A model generated the notes under the pieces. It was not told the origin of the DNA, searched no databases, and saw only the letters and a program-made list of their open reading frames with translations. A DNA stretch of 63,258 nucleotides, counting the filler, from Reticulomyxa filosa (Eukaryota > Protista > Foraminifera): the NCBI GenBank assembly GCA_000512085.1. It is 24 parts of 24 records of this genome, joined end to end, with 100 filler letters (N's around TTAATTAATTAA, not from the genome) between each part and the next. Parts side by side here need not be neighbours in the genome. Positions count along the whole stretch, not along the records: positions 52,221 to 54,551 come from ASPP01016817.1; positions 54,652 to 56,350 come from ASPP01016487.1; positions 56,451 to 59,363 come from ASPP01024837.1; positions 59,464 to 62,084 come from ASPP01027590.1; positions 62,185 to 63,258 come from ASPP01036919.1; 19 more parts are not named here. One strand, 5' to 3'. Within the stretch, counting starts at the first letter, position 1, and every line of letters starts with the position of its first letter. Shown one piece after another: positions 52,258 through 63,258 of this stretch. A program made the position numbers and the translations under genes.

Positions 52258-52366
52258 GTCTGAGTTTATGCAGGTAGAGAGGGCAAAAAGTAGTGCGAGT
52301 TGAGGATGAAGCGCGAGAGTAGTCCAACACTTGACACGCCCCCAATGCAACCCATCTAAAAAAAAT
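52258..52366 (+). mobile_element. 3' terminus with poly(A) of a related LINE/SINE subfamily (copy E)
   Basis: GAGGATGAAGC..GTAGTCCAACACTTGACACG..TGCAACCCATCT followed by an A run. The core is shared with copies A, D and F. Confidence 0.7.
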
Positions 52367-52799
52367 ACCTTCCCGACCCTCGGAGTTCTGCCAAACTCAA
52401 AAGACTGGTATTTGCCTCGAGAATGCTAATTTCCCTGAAAGCATCAAATACTCTTAAGGCTAAACAAGGATTGATAACCTCTCACACAAGTCGCCCGTTG
52501 CCAGTAAAAGAGTTACTATCTCAGTTACTAAAGCAACTGATGACAAGATACTCGGTAAGTTTAAAAGCACTTCCACCTCTCACAGTCACAAACCACACAG
52601 AACCGATGACTCTACCCATCGAAAATGAAATGCAGCAAAAGACTTTGCCAAAAGAGTAAAAAGATTAAAAACAACACTACAGTCACAATATCACAAAAGC
52701 CAACTACTATAAAAAAAATTTTTATAGTAAAAAAAAAATTAACTTTTCTTTTGGTTTGAAGCTAGTCGATTCTTCGACGATTTCGAAATACGACTAAAT

Positions 52800-53850
52800 A
52801 TCTTGTTAATCTAACTTCAATTGAGTGTAATCTTCCAAATCTTAAAACTTTTTCACGATGATCGATGATGATCAAGTACATATTTTTTTTTTCACCAATT
52901 ACAATAAATTCAGTAATTTTTCTTGCTTCTTTGATTTCATTCTCAAATGCATCTAAATTGAGGCAGAATTTGCAGAAATATGATCAATTTCACCTTCTCT
53001 TGATGATATTTCACAGCGATCTTTTGAATATTCCTATAAAAGCTACAAAACATTGTCGACTTTTTTTCTACTGAAATGTTAATTTTAATCCAACACGACT
53101 CATAACCTGATCTTTGGAATTTCAAATATCCTTTGAGTTGCATGGAGATCTCGACGACATATGATACCAGTCCTTCCTGTTTCACTCCAAAATTTGTTAT
53201 ACAAATTCTGGAACTAATATCTTGATATTCTTCTTGTCGTCTCCGATCGGAAACATTCCTGAAGGATGAAAATATTTGGTCGAACTGCATGGATATTTTG
53301 CTCCAGCAGTTGGGCTTTTGAATAAAAGCCGTTGATGTTGTTTTGGAAAATAATCAATTCGTTCATTGATTATCTTCCATGTATGTTGTTTCTTGGGTCT
53401 CTTCTTGATCCATTTGATTTAATAAAGGTGTGAATGCTTGTGCAATAGACGATAGCTATTGAACAGGTGCTTGTAGCGCAGCTATTTGCCCTTCAATTGT
53501 TTTATTTCATCTATTTGGCCATTATTTTGACTTTTGTTCTGTGTGTGGAATATCACAATATTGAATCATTTGGATGATGTCCTTTGTATAATACACATTT
53601 CTGGAATTTTACATTCTTTTGTGATGATATTGCTCCAAATTGTTTTCATTAATTCTTTTTCTTCAATTTCTGCTATTTTCAATTCTTGCTTCTTTTTGCC
53701 TTTTAATCATCTTGTGGTCTTGCACGCTTGAGATTGCCACGATCTTGCTGATTGCCTTCTTTTGTTTGCTTATCAATCATTGTCTCATCACAGTTATTCA
53801 AATGGCTTACTGCTTTATGATATTATTGTGAAGCAATATTGTTTTGATTT
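52800..53850 (-). mobile_element. LINE remnant (copy C): ORF1 fragment + APE endonuclease pseudogene
   Basis: From the ATG at 53366: MNELIIFQNNINGFYSKAQLLEQNIHAVRPNIFILQEC...GRTGIICRRDL...YESCWIKI...FCSFYR. 53635-53830 aligns with 14110-14390. Confidence 0.87.
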
Positions 53851-54740
53851 ATAATATTTGGCAATGGTGATAATGAGTTTATTCTTCCATGTGCTTTCAA
53901 ATTGTGGCTGCCTTTTGTCAATGACATATTACTCTTTGGTAATGCTGTCATCTTTCACGATCCAAGCACTTTGATTTACAAAGCAAAATTTTTGTAACTA
54001 GACTATCTATTCCTTAAATATAGCTTCGGATCGCCGTTTTTTGCGTCCTGGCTGATCTTGCCTTAATCCCCAACTGTATAAAATCCAATACTTTATAAAT
54101 TACAAAAATTTTTAATATCAACAATAAAAATCATATAATCGCTTTCGATGAAAAAAATCACCAAAAAATATCAATTATAATCAATATCAATCTTCCAAAT
54201 AACAAATATGTGATTTCTATTTAATATTCCAATTACCATCTTCAAGTGTTTCAAATAACTCTTCAAATTAATTTATCCTAACAAATTTTCTTAAGGAACA
54301 TTCCTAAAGAAATTTTTCTTGATATCTCAGATACTGATATCACAAAATAAATTTCAAATTTGAAAGATGTCGAAGTATCTTGACTTGTCAGACCTAAGTC
54401 CCTTCCAAAAAACAACTTTTGCAGCAAGTTGAAAATGATAATGAATGTTGCTAGATTTTTTTCACGAACTTACCGAAAATTCAATGCTAAAAAAAACTAT
54501 CTTACCAAAAAAAGTTTAAAATTAATTATGCTGACTAATATTAAAGTATTTNNNNNNNNNNNNNNNNNNNNNNNNNNNNNNNNNNNNNNNNNNNNTTAAT
54601 TAATTAANNNNNNNNNNNNNNNNNNNNNNNNNNNNNNNNNNNNNNNNNNNNAAAAAAAAAAAAAAAAAAAAAAAAAAATAATAATAATAATAATATTAAA
54701 TTTTTTTTTTTTTTTTTAAAAAAATAAAAAACAATAAAAG

Positions 54741-55698
54741 TCAAATGGGTTGGAGAATTACCCACGAGCACAAGCATTGTACAACTACGAATCAGATGTG
54801 GCAGGTGACTTGTCGTTCCGAAAGGGGGACGTAATGTACGTCACCGACAAGGGCGAAGCGGAAAGCAGCGACGAACCGGCGTGGTGGACAGGTGTGATAG
54901 GAGACCGACAAGGACTATTTCCATCCACCTATGTGAAGCTGTTGGACGACAGACCCATCCCAGCTCAGCCCAACGAGCCCAGCGAAGGGGACATTCTTAT
55001 CGCCAAGTACGACTACCAAGACGGTCGACAAGAGGAGCTGTCATTCCAAATCGGTGACAAAATTGTGTTGATGGAGAAAGACAGTACGGGTTGGTGGCTG
55101 GGCAAACTGGTCAAAACCGGCGTCGTTGGCTGGTTCGTTCCCGATTTAACTACTCCTTTTGCACCGAATGTCATCCCCGATGACGACTTCAAATCCGACC
55201 AGGACGAAGGCGAACTTGACCAACCTTCGTTGGACATTGACAGCAATGATAACATTGGCCAGTTTGATGACTCCACTTCTGATGTCTTGGCACAGACCAA
55301 ATCACCTACGGCTGTTTCCTCTTCTTTGACCACTTCAACCGCGACCACAAAGTCGGCTCATGCTCCTGTCAAAACTACTACTAGTGCTACCACCTCCACC
55401 ACCAACACTACTGCCGCCGGTGATAACCAGAAACAGGACATTATCATCTCCTATGAAGATTTAAAAAATAAAAAATTTGATGACTCCATCAACAAACAAA
55501 AACTTGAAGTTAACAATCTCGTTTCATATTGTGTTTATATGGCCGTTTCGCCTATTTAAAAAAAAAAAAAAAAAATTTAAATAGGTGTATCTGAGTGATA
55601 CCGAATTTCAAAAAGTATTTGGATGCACTCGGGCTGATTTTGCAGAAATGCCGTTATGGAAGCAAAGACAGAGAAAGAAAGCTGTCGATTTGTTTTAG
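54741..55698 (+). CDS. Protein with two SH3 domains, Thr-rich linker and C-terminal villin headpiece; 5'-partial; intron 55509-55584
   Basis: ALYNY..DLSFRKGD..WW.G..GLFPSTYV and AKYDY..ELSFQIGD..GWW. Headpiece LE|VYLSDTEFQKVFGCTRADFAEMPLWKQRQRKKAVDLF*. Confidence 0.92.
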
Positions 55699-56450
55699 AC
55701 AAAGACTCTACGGGTAAAGGGGGCTTGCTAAACTATGCCAAAAATCAACAAAAAATTCTTTTTTAAAATGATACATTTGTAGATCAGAAATAAAGTGATC
55801 CCATACTTTGTTAATATTCACAAACACAAAATTTAAAAGAATTTCAATTTCTCTCGGCATTACATCTCTTCACTACACGCAAACATCTTTCTTTAAATCT
55901 GTTCAAATGAATAATTAAATTCGGATATCAACTAGCTGTTGTACTATAGAATGAAAACAGGAGGAATTTCAACAACGCTAGAACGAATTTAAATCAGACG
56001 ATACAATATCTTGCAGTTGCTTGTTTAAAGTTCAATACTACTCTTCATCGTCTTTTCATGTATGAAGTTAGACAATCGATGTTATGTTTAAAAAGAGTTT
56101 TGTGTACCGTTACTCAATAATTGAATACTATGTCTTTGTTTTCAGAATATCAAAGAAATCGAAAGCATAAAATCAAAGCAATCAAAAGCATAAAATCAAT
56201 TCGGAGTTAGTATTTCTTCATAAAAACATTGACGTTTGATATTCAAATGTATGACTTAAATGACTAACATATAAATTTCACACACACACAAACGAGTACA
56301 ATATATTGAATGTTATTTTATAAAGAGCTTTTCAGTTAGCGAACAAATGANNNNNNNNNNNNNNNNNNNNNNNNNNNNNNNNNNNNNNNNNNNNTTAATT
56401 AATTAANNNNNNNNNNNNNNNNNNNNNNNNNNNNNNNNNNNNNNNNNNNN

Positions 56451-57730
56451 AAATGGGCTAGAATATATTTGATGGAAAAATATTTCATAAAATTTCGGAG
56501 TCTAGAAAAATAAGATAAAAAGTTGGAGTCTCTGAAAAGTTTGGAGCCCCTTCGAAAAATTTCAAAAACACCTGGTTTGTTTATTAAAGCATTCCCATGA
56601 GAGCTGGAGAGAATTCTTTTGACATTTTGAATATCTCCCATTTTCGTAAATAAACTCAATTTGCTATGTAGCACATCTTCATTTTTTAATGCATTGATTT
56701 CACAAATCAACTCGTATCGTTTTGCACACTCTTTATCTGTGCGATGTCGAAAGAGGGGACTGATATCTTTCCAAGGAATATTCAATTCAGGATTCTCTGC
56801 AAACCTTTCAACCGCGATATACTTTTGAGCCATCTCTAAGAGTATATTTTCTTCGAACTCACTCCAATGTTTGTTGTTCTCATTGTAATTCTTAATGTAC
56901 CTACTCGAGTATTCGTTTTTGAGCGATATGTACGCAGTACCAAAGTCTAAACGTACCGTTATGGAGTTGTCATTTCGATCCACGATGGGACCGATCCCAT
57001 ATGGAGTTATAACCATCGACTTTTTAAACACAATACGAAGGGGATAGGATGCATTTGCCAATATTTCCAGCAGCTTTTCCACGTTGGAATTGGCGACATT
57101 AATGCCATGGATTGACACAATCGTGGAGTACAACTCCACTTTGTTGTTCGGTGAAATAGTGTCTACAGAGTGTACGTATACTCCTTCCACTCCTTGTCGC
57201 ATTTCAAATGTACTATTTCCGTTAAATGTCACTTCGTACTTTAAGCTGTCGTCCCAGCTTTGTTCGGCTTTTTTGTTCTCCGTTGATTCGGATGACTCCA
57301 CTTGTTGTTTTGCAGCTGCATGGAGTAAATTCGATCCCTGCAGGCTATCGGATGTTATTGGTTCATCCAAAATCAATGCTTTTTTTAATAATATCTATTA
57401 TGAAAGGGCATCTACCATTTTTTTAAGAAAAATACATTATATAGGCTTTTTTTTGAGAGGGGACGTATCCAGGCTATTTTTTTAACTGAAAATCTTGTTT
57501 GATGTGTTCGTCTTGTCTTGTCCAAAATTTCAATTTTGGTGGCAACTTTTGGCAATTTTTGTGACAGTTGGTTTTGCCACATGGACAACTGAGTGATTCA
57601 TGTTATTAGCAGAGTTATTGTTTATTTGCAGTTTATTTTGAGCCACAAATGACAAAACTTTTTTAGCATCTTTTTTTTGCTGCAGATACGCTGTGTCCTC
57701 AAATGTAAAATGTTTGTTCATGGACGCCAT
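56451..57730 (-). CDS. PDZ-like + Myb/SANT + probable ankyrin-repeat protein, 3'-partial
   Basis: GVYVHSV..IVSIHGINV..ILANASYPLRIVF (PDZ). HWSEFEENILL..PWKDIS..RTDKECAKRY (Myb). KMGDIQNVKRIL..LINKP (ankyrin-like). The 5' exon structure is uncertain. Confidence 0.75.
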
Positions 57731-58083
57731 CACGTCTTTTATGGACGCCAAAAAAGAAAAAAGCGTTTTATTTTGTTCATGTTTTTTTGATTAGTACAAA
57801 TTTCCTCATAAATGTAGCGAATTTTTATAAATTAGTGGTTTGGAATTTATGTCCAAGCTTCTCAGGACAGAGCTTTTAAATAAAAGTGTTTACAAAGTTA
57901 AAAAAGCCTTGTTGTTTCGGACTTGTTTTAAGGGGAGATACGTCCATCTCGGTTGAACTTTTAAATTAAAAATAATCCCTCCTAATAGTACTTATTAAAA
58001 AGATGAGGTATAAGCGCACATCAATATTCACCACTTTTCTCACAAAGCTCTCAACCCTTTGTGAATGTCGAGTAACATCAATA

Positions 58084-59340
58084 ATGTGGTGGTTTGTTTG
58101 TGCACTGCTCGTAGTGGTTTTGGTAACAAACTTTGTGATTTATCCGTCACTGCATCAGTATTTCTTTGAAGAGAACGAGCAGACACCAGGACCTTCTCAT
58201 TTTTTGAACACAGCAACAAATGGAGGGACGGGACCGGCGTACCCACAAAGCATAGAGAGCATCGACCTAAAGGACGAAGAGAATGTGTATCACTATTTAT
58301 CTCGACGATGGCACGGCTTTGCGCCAACAGACTATGCTCATATGAAACAGATTATCGCCAGTTATGCAAAATTTCACACCGCAATTGTCCATCACGACAG
58401 CAACAGCGGCGCAAGCACGCCATTGAAGGGCAAGTACATCATACTGCATCCCGCCGCACAAATGTGCAATCGACTGAGAGCACACATGGGCACCATTTAC
58501 CTTGGTACATATACATATATGTGTGTATGTATATATATATATATATTATCCACATAAAAGTGCAAGAAGTGCAAGGAGTGCAAAAAAAGTGCAGGGGAGT
58601 GCTCTTTTTTTTTTATTATTTATCTAAAAAAAAAAAAAAAAAAAGAATACCTATATTACATAAATATATATGTAATAATATAGGTATTCTTACCCGACGT
58701 ATAGTGTTGATAGACATAGGAGCAGAAAATTATGCGGCGCGATTGGATGGAGTATTTAAAAACCCAGGGTTTTGTTGGGAGTACCAGAAAATAGCGGATA
58801 CGTTGAGGTCCAAGTTGGAAAAGGCGTCGACAAAGCAGCTGGCATTTCCGTACGAAACGGAGATGGGATACGAGCAGATTATATGCAACAGATGGCTGTC
58901 CGACACCACACCGGTGTGGAACTTGAACTCGCACGCGGCATTTCTGCCTTTGATTGCGCGCAACGTCCACTTGCATGAGGAGGTAACGAAGAGGTACGCC
59001 TCTGCTGCAACATTTGATGACAACAGCAAAGAGGAACCATTTGACCTTTGGTTAGTGCAATGGTTCCCTGTCACTCCAAACAAAACCGGCTCCATTTCTC
59101 GAACTGGCGGACAAGAGCAAATGGAAATTTTGGAGGTGCTGTTGGCGAGGGCGTTATACGTAATCGATTCTCACGTGCAAAAGCGCGTGGACGAGCTCAT
59201 CGCCACCACGTATGCCAACGCCGCACGTTTTTACTCACAAATCAACGTCACTCTGGAGCAAGGCGAAGTCCCTTGGGTTGTTGGTTTGCACATGAGAAGC
59301 GAGTATTTGCTGAGTATGAATTTGGAAAAAAGCCGAAGTT
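58084..59340 (+). CDS. Type II membrane fucosyltransferase-like glycosyltransferase (GT37/GT11-like), 3'-partial; intron 58505-58683
   Basis: N-terminal signal anchor. QMCNRL..YLGILTRRIVLID corresponds to GLGNR..ALLTxRVLLVD, and VGLHMR is a GDP-fucose-binding motif. Confidence 0.72.
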
Positions 59341-59749
59341 AATATATGTATATATGTACATACNNNNNNNNNNNNNNNNNNNNNNNNNNNNNNNNNNNNN
59401 NNNNNNNTTAATTAATTAANNNNNNNNNNNNNNNNNNNNNNNNNNNNNNNNNNNNNNNNNNNNAACAAAAACAATGAAATACCCTTTTGAACGAATCAGA
59501 AAGTTCAGTGAGCTTGTGTCAGCCACTTATGTGAAATTAGAACGACATTGTGTAATGAAATAACCATATTATCTTTTGGTGAATATAATAATAAAACAAT
59601 TCACTCATCGGCACGTGTTTTTAACTTCCAAAAAAATTACAAAACAATAATACGTTTCATTAGAAAGATCAAATACTTTTTTTTTTAGTTATTAGTGCTA
59701 CATATCAAGGTAATAGCCTAGTAACACAAAGAAGAATATTCTGGCAAAA

Positions 59750-61460
59750 GGGGTGTACACAATTGGAGTTGGCCAAAGAAATAATTGGCAATGCGTGCAC
59801 GAACAGTGATGAGTACCAGATACGTGTCGCGTGCACTATCTCAGTCAAACAGGCCCAAGATGCGAATGAAGATGAAAATGACAAAAGATAGATCCCACAA
59901 AATTGAGCAAAGAAATGAAGACTTAATGAAGTTGCTCAAACTCGTTGAAAAATTCATGAAATGAATTTATGTTTACTATCCTGAACTCGGCCAATGGACC
60001 TAGAAAAGCCAACTGTTCATTTTCAAGAAGGTGCATCATTATTAAACAAAAAATAAAAATGAAGAGCATACACCAAAATTTTTTTAAAAAACAAACACTC
60101 TTCAGATTTATGGCAAATAAAATATGTGAATGACAAAAATTCATCTTTATATATGCTTGATTTTCAAGTAAGAGAGCCCACTTCTTTAAACATTAAAAAC
60201 CGACATGCAAAGAAGTATGTCGAGATTGACTACTCAAAGATGTGCCAACAATTGGTATGTACGCTACGTACAGTTAATGGGAAAATTCGCGAGCACATTT
60301 GGGATGCCGATGTACAAGAGATGAGTAAAGTTGCAAAACAATTCTGTTGATTCACAAAAGTGATAAAGGTTTCAATGTCAAACTTAAAAAGTGCTTTGAT
60401 GAGGACTTGAGGCGTATTTCTTTTCTTGTCGAAACGCTTGTCGATTGCAAGCTGCTCAAAGCTTCAGTTTGTTGGAAAAGGCAAACCAACTTGGCCAATA
60501 GCATTTTGTCGGACGTGATCAAGTACTACGAGTAACTCCATTGTTATTGACAATAGTACAGAGAAAGAACATAGTGATAAGTGGCTCATCTTGCACATCA
60601 ATACGGAAAAACTCAATTGCGATCAAGCCGAACACGCTATCGATCATGATTGCTAGGATTTTCCAAAGAAAAAGAGATCAAAGAAATGGACAAACTGATT
60701 GAAAAGTTTGAATTGTGCAAGATATCCAGACATTGTACGTGGCATTTTGGAGGAAAGGAGGTCGACAAGTGACCAAAAAATTACAGTACATCCCCAGTGG
60801 ACTTGAATATGATAAACACAATTTGATAATTCAAAAGGACAATAAGATGTCCTGCGTTTTGCAGTTGTTCAAATGTATTGTGCTCACTCCTCGCATTGAA
60901 CGCATTTTGATATGAAAAAAAAAACACGACAGAAGAGGAGATTGAATACTTGTTGTTTCACTCGTCATTTTAGCCAAACGACTCCATGGAGATATGAATT
61001 GGGGACTGGCTCCAAAATAAACGGATTTACAGCTTCCATTGTACTGTTTAATGTGGCCAGAAGTATTATCACTTGAAACTTTGGAGCGTGCGATGGAGTT
61101 GTTTCGCACTATATTATTGAGTGACAAGGCGTTGAAAGGAATACTTTATTTACTTGTTGTTAATGTCGACCTCATCCCCTAATATATGTCTAGAGACTGA
61201 GACCCTTTCACTTGTTCCGACATATTATCACGATGACCAGACTCCAAATCAACAGATCCAACAATTGAATTGCAAAATTTGAGATCTTTTGCTTCACAAA
61301 ATTCATACTCAATCGCAGATCATTTGTGTATTTGTATATCTCGGACCAAATTGGCATGGGCAAGAGCTTCAAAATTGGACGAGATATCGCAGCGATTCGA
61401 GAGTTCAATCTAAAAGTGCAAACTGTGCGCGTTGCATTCAACAGTAGCACTATAGCAAAT
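59750..61460 (+). pseudogene. Fragmented RNF213-like / large AAA+ ATPase pseudogene
   Basis: Chain of short coding-like frames with many stops. LYISDQIGMGKSFKI resembles the RNF213-type Walker A segment. Confidence 0.5.
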
Positions 61461-62185
61461 GAAAAACAAGCGCAAGAGAATGTAAGTGCTATCGAAGCAA
61501 ATGCAATAGATCATTCCCAAGGCCGCCACACTAGTGAACTTGGCCCAATGTACACGTCGATTCATCAATTCCAAGTTGTCACGTAAAAGCTAATTGATTG
61601 TTGCCCCGCTATGTATCAGTCCCATTGCAACATACCAACGCGTTGTCCTTCACATAGTCTCTTTCTGATATCGCTTCTTTCATTTTCTTCAATACCAACG
61701 CAGATCGCTATGGTTGTTGCGGAATAAAAAGTCCAGTTACAATGATATTACTACAATTCCCAATAATATCGAACGCAGTTTATTCCATCGTTTCAACACC
61801 TCTTCTGCACATGGGTCTCTTTCTTCTTCTTTCATTCACTTGATCTTGAACTTGGTCTGGAGGTTGTGCTCTGCTATACATTCGCTATCATTGCCTGCAT
61901 TTGCACTTGCATCACTTAAAATCCGCTTTTTGAGCACAATGGTAATCACGTCTTCTGGACGCGTGAACGTGGAGGTTTGGGAATGTGGTCAAAGATCGTC
62001 CTTTGGAAGCGCTCGTTTTGATATTGTTCTTTCTTTTGGCACAATGCCCATAACACTCGGAATATCTCTTGTGGTTGTCCTGTTNNNNNNNNNNNNNNNN
62101 NNNNNNNNNNNNNNNNNNNNNNNNNNNNTTAATTAATTAANNNNNNNNNNNNNNNNNNNNNNNNNNNNNNNNNNNNNNNNNNNNT

Positions 62186-63258
62186 GAAGAAGAAAAAGAA
62201 AAAGAACGCAAAGTGAAAGAAAAAGAGAAATCAAAGACAGTATCTGCTGACCAATTGAAGATGGTCTCGTTGGAAGAATTAGCTGCAGATCAAGCGCAAT
62301 CTCCAAACAAGTGGAATTTGTCTGAAAAGTGGAAAGACTTCCAAGACGTGACATTACGTAACTTGACTAGCGGATCATCAAGTCAAGGATCTTCATCATC
62401 ACAGAATTATGGCTGGGGAGGACACGGCTCAGTGGCATCAGATTTTCACAATCATGTGGAAGAATACGACAACAGTGAACCCAATGATGTGTCCAAGGAA
62501 TGGTTCAACAGCGTAATCTTTAAACCCACGCATGATTTGTTGTTCCACGTGTTAGTGACAGATCACGCAATCCGTATCCATGCAATGCGTCGTTCATTAC
62601 TATCGTTGTTTACGCAAGTCTCATTACACAATATTGTTGTACCAAAAGAATTTGAACAAATTTTGCACATTTGCTTGTCTTTACGCCCACATCCAGCTGC
62701 AGAGTTAGATCCTGTCAACTCGATGAAACCAACCGATATTACAGGCAGATTGGTACGTTGCTTGCGAGACGAACAAACCAAGCCTGATCGAGAAAAATAC
62801 TACTTGCACACATTGATGAGCTGTTCTCAAACGATATTAAGAAACTTGTGCATAAATCAACAACTTTTTAGAAAGAACACGAAAAAGCGCGGTGACAATA
62901 ATGTAGTTGTTGATCAAGATGGTTCAAGTGTGAATCGCAATCCTGTACCTGTTCACGGCAGATCCAGTCGTAACTACGGTTATGGTTATGGTGGATATAA
63001 CCCAGGTTATGTCGATGAAGAAGTTCATGTTAAAGCATTAACATATGAATGGCCTGGTGCAGAAAAAATGAAACTGATTGTTAGTTCTGATCCATCATTG
63101 ACAAACATGGGCACAACCTTTGTTTCAGTTTATCAAGACCAAAATAAGAAGAAATTGCTGGCCAAATTCACTGTCAATCCTTTCGATTTTACAAAACATG
63201 TGCAAGTCATTGAAGGAAGCAAATTTTACTACACTGTTACGTCCACCAACTGGTATAA
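62186..63258 (+). CDS. Internal exon of a large protein (open for ~357 codons), ending in a CUB-like beta module as seen in giant HECT-type E3 ligases
   Basis: Manually translated stop-free frame to the window end, absent from the ORF track: TYEWPGAEKMKL..VSVYQDQNKKKLLAKF..VIEGSKFYYTVTS. The product call is tentative. Confidence 0.7.

Noticed and set aside
58557-58603. AGTGC(A) short repeats in an intron (also ATAACAA repeats at 16465-16550)
   Set aside because: Consistent with simple slippage; no evidence of function.
1559-62184. Regularly recurring TTAATTAATTAA palindrome as a biological repeat or recombination site
   Set aside because: It is always centred in exactly 100 nt of N padding, i.e. 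an artificial six-frame-stop linker.

Overview
This is AT-rich eukaryotic genomic DNA with short spliceosomal introns, and it is not one locus. It consists of 24 short unlinked contigs joined by 23 identical artificial 100-nt spacers (N44-TTAATTAATTAA-N44, stop codons in all six frames). Gene neighbourhood across spacers is therefore meaningless, and ORFs ending in X...LIN are artefacts. The gene families (Kelch-like with an IKLGWxDDF tail, TRAF-zinc/WD40, PUB-like ILWNILKY) look like those of the foraminiferan Reticulomyxa filosa or a relative (inference). Recognisable genes: PHD finger, a divergent kinesin, a C-terminal Myb/telobox-like protein, PhoD phosphatase, TRAF7-like WD40, purple acid phosphatase, C2H2 zinc finger, ARM-repeat protein, methylglutaconyl-CoA hydratase, paladin-like phosphatase, CDP-alcohol phosphotransferase, SH3-SH3-villin headpiece, PDZ-Myb-ankyrin, a fucosyltransferase-like protein and an RNF213-like pseudogene. 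The main observations are: (1) a non-LTR retrotransposon family whose copies are collapsed by serial internal deletions and share a conserved 3' terminal motif; (2) a candidate TRF-like telomere protein; (3) a kinesin with a degenerate switch II; (4) frequent purine-rich AAG 3' splice sites; (5) a long reading frame broken only by TGA codons. All calls come from manual translation and motif recognition; no database searches were run.
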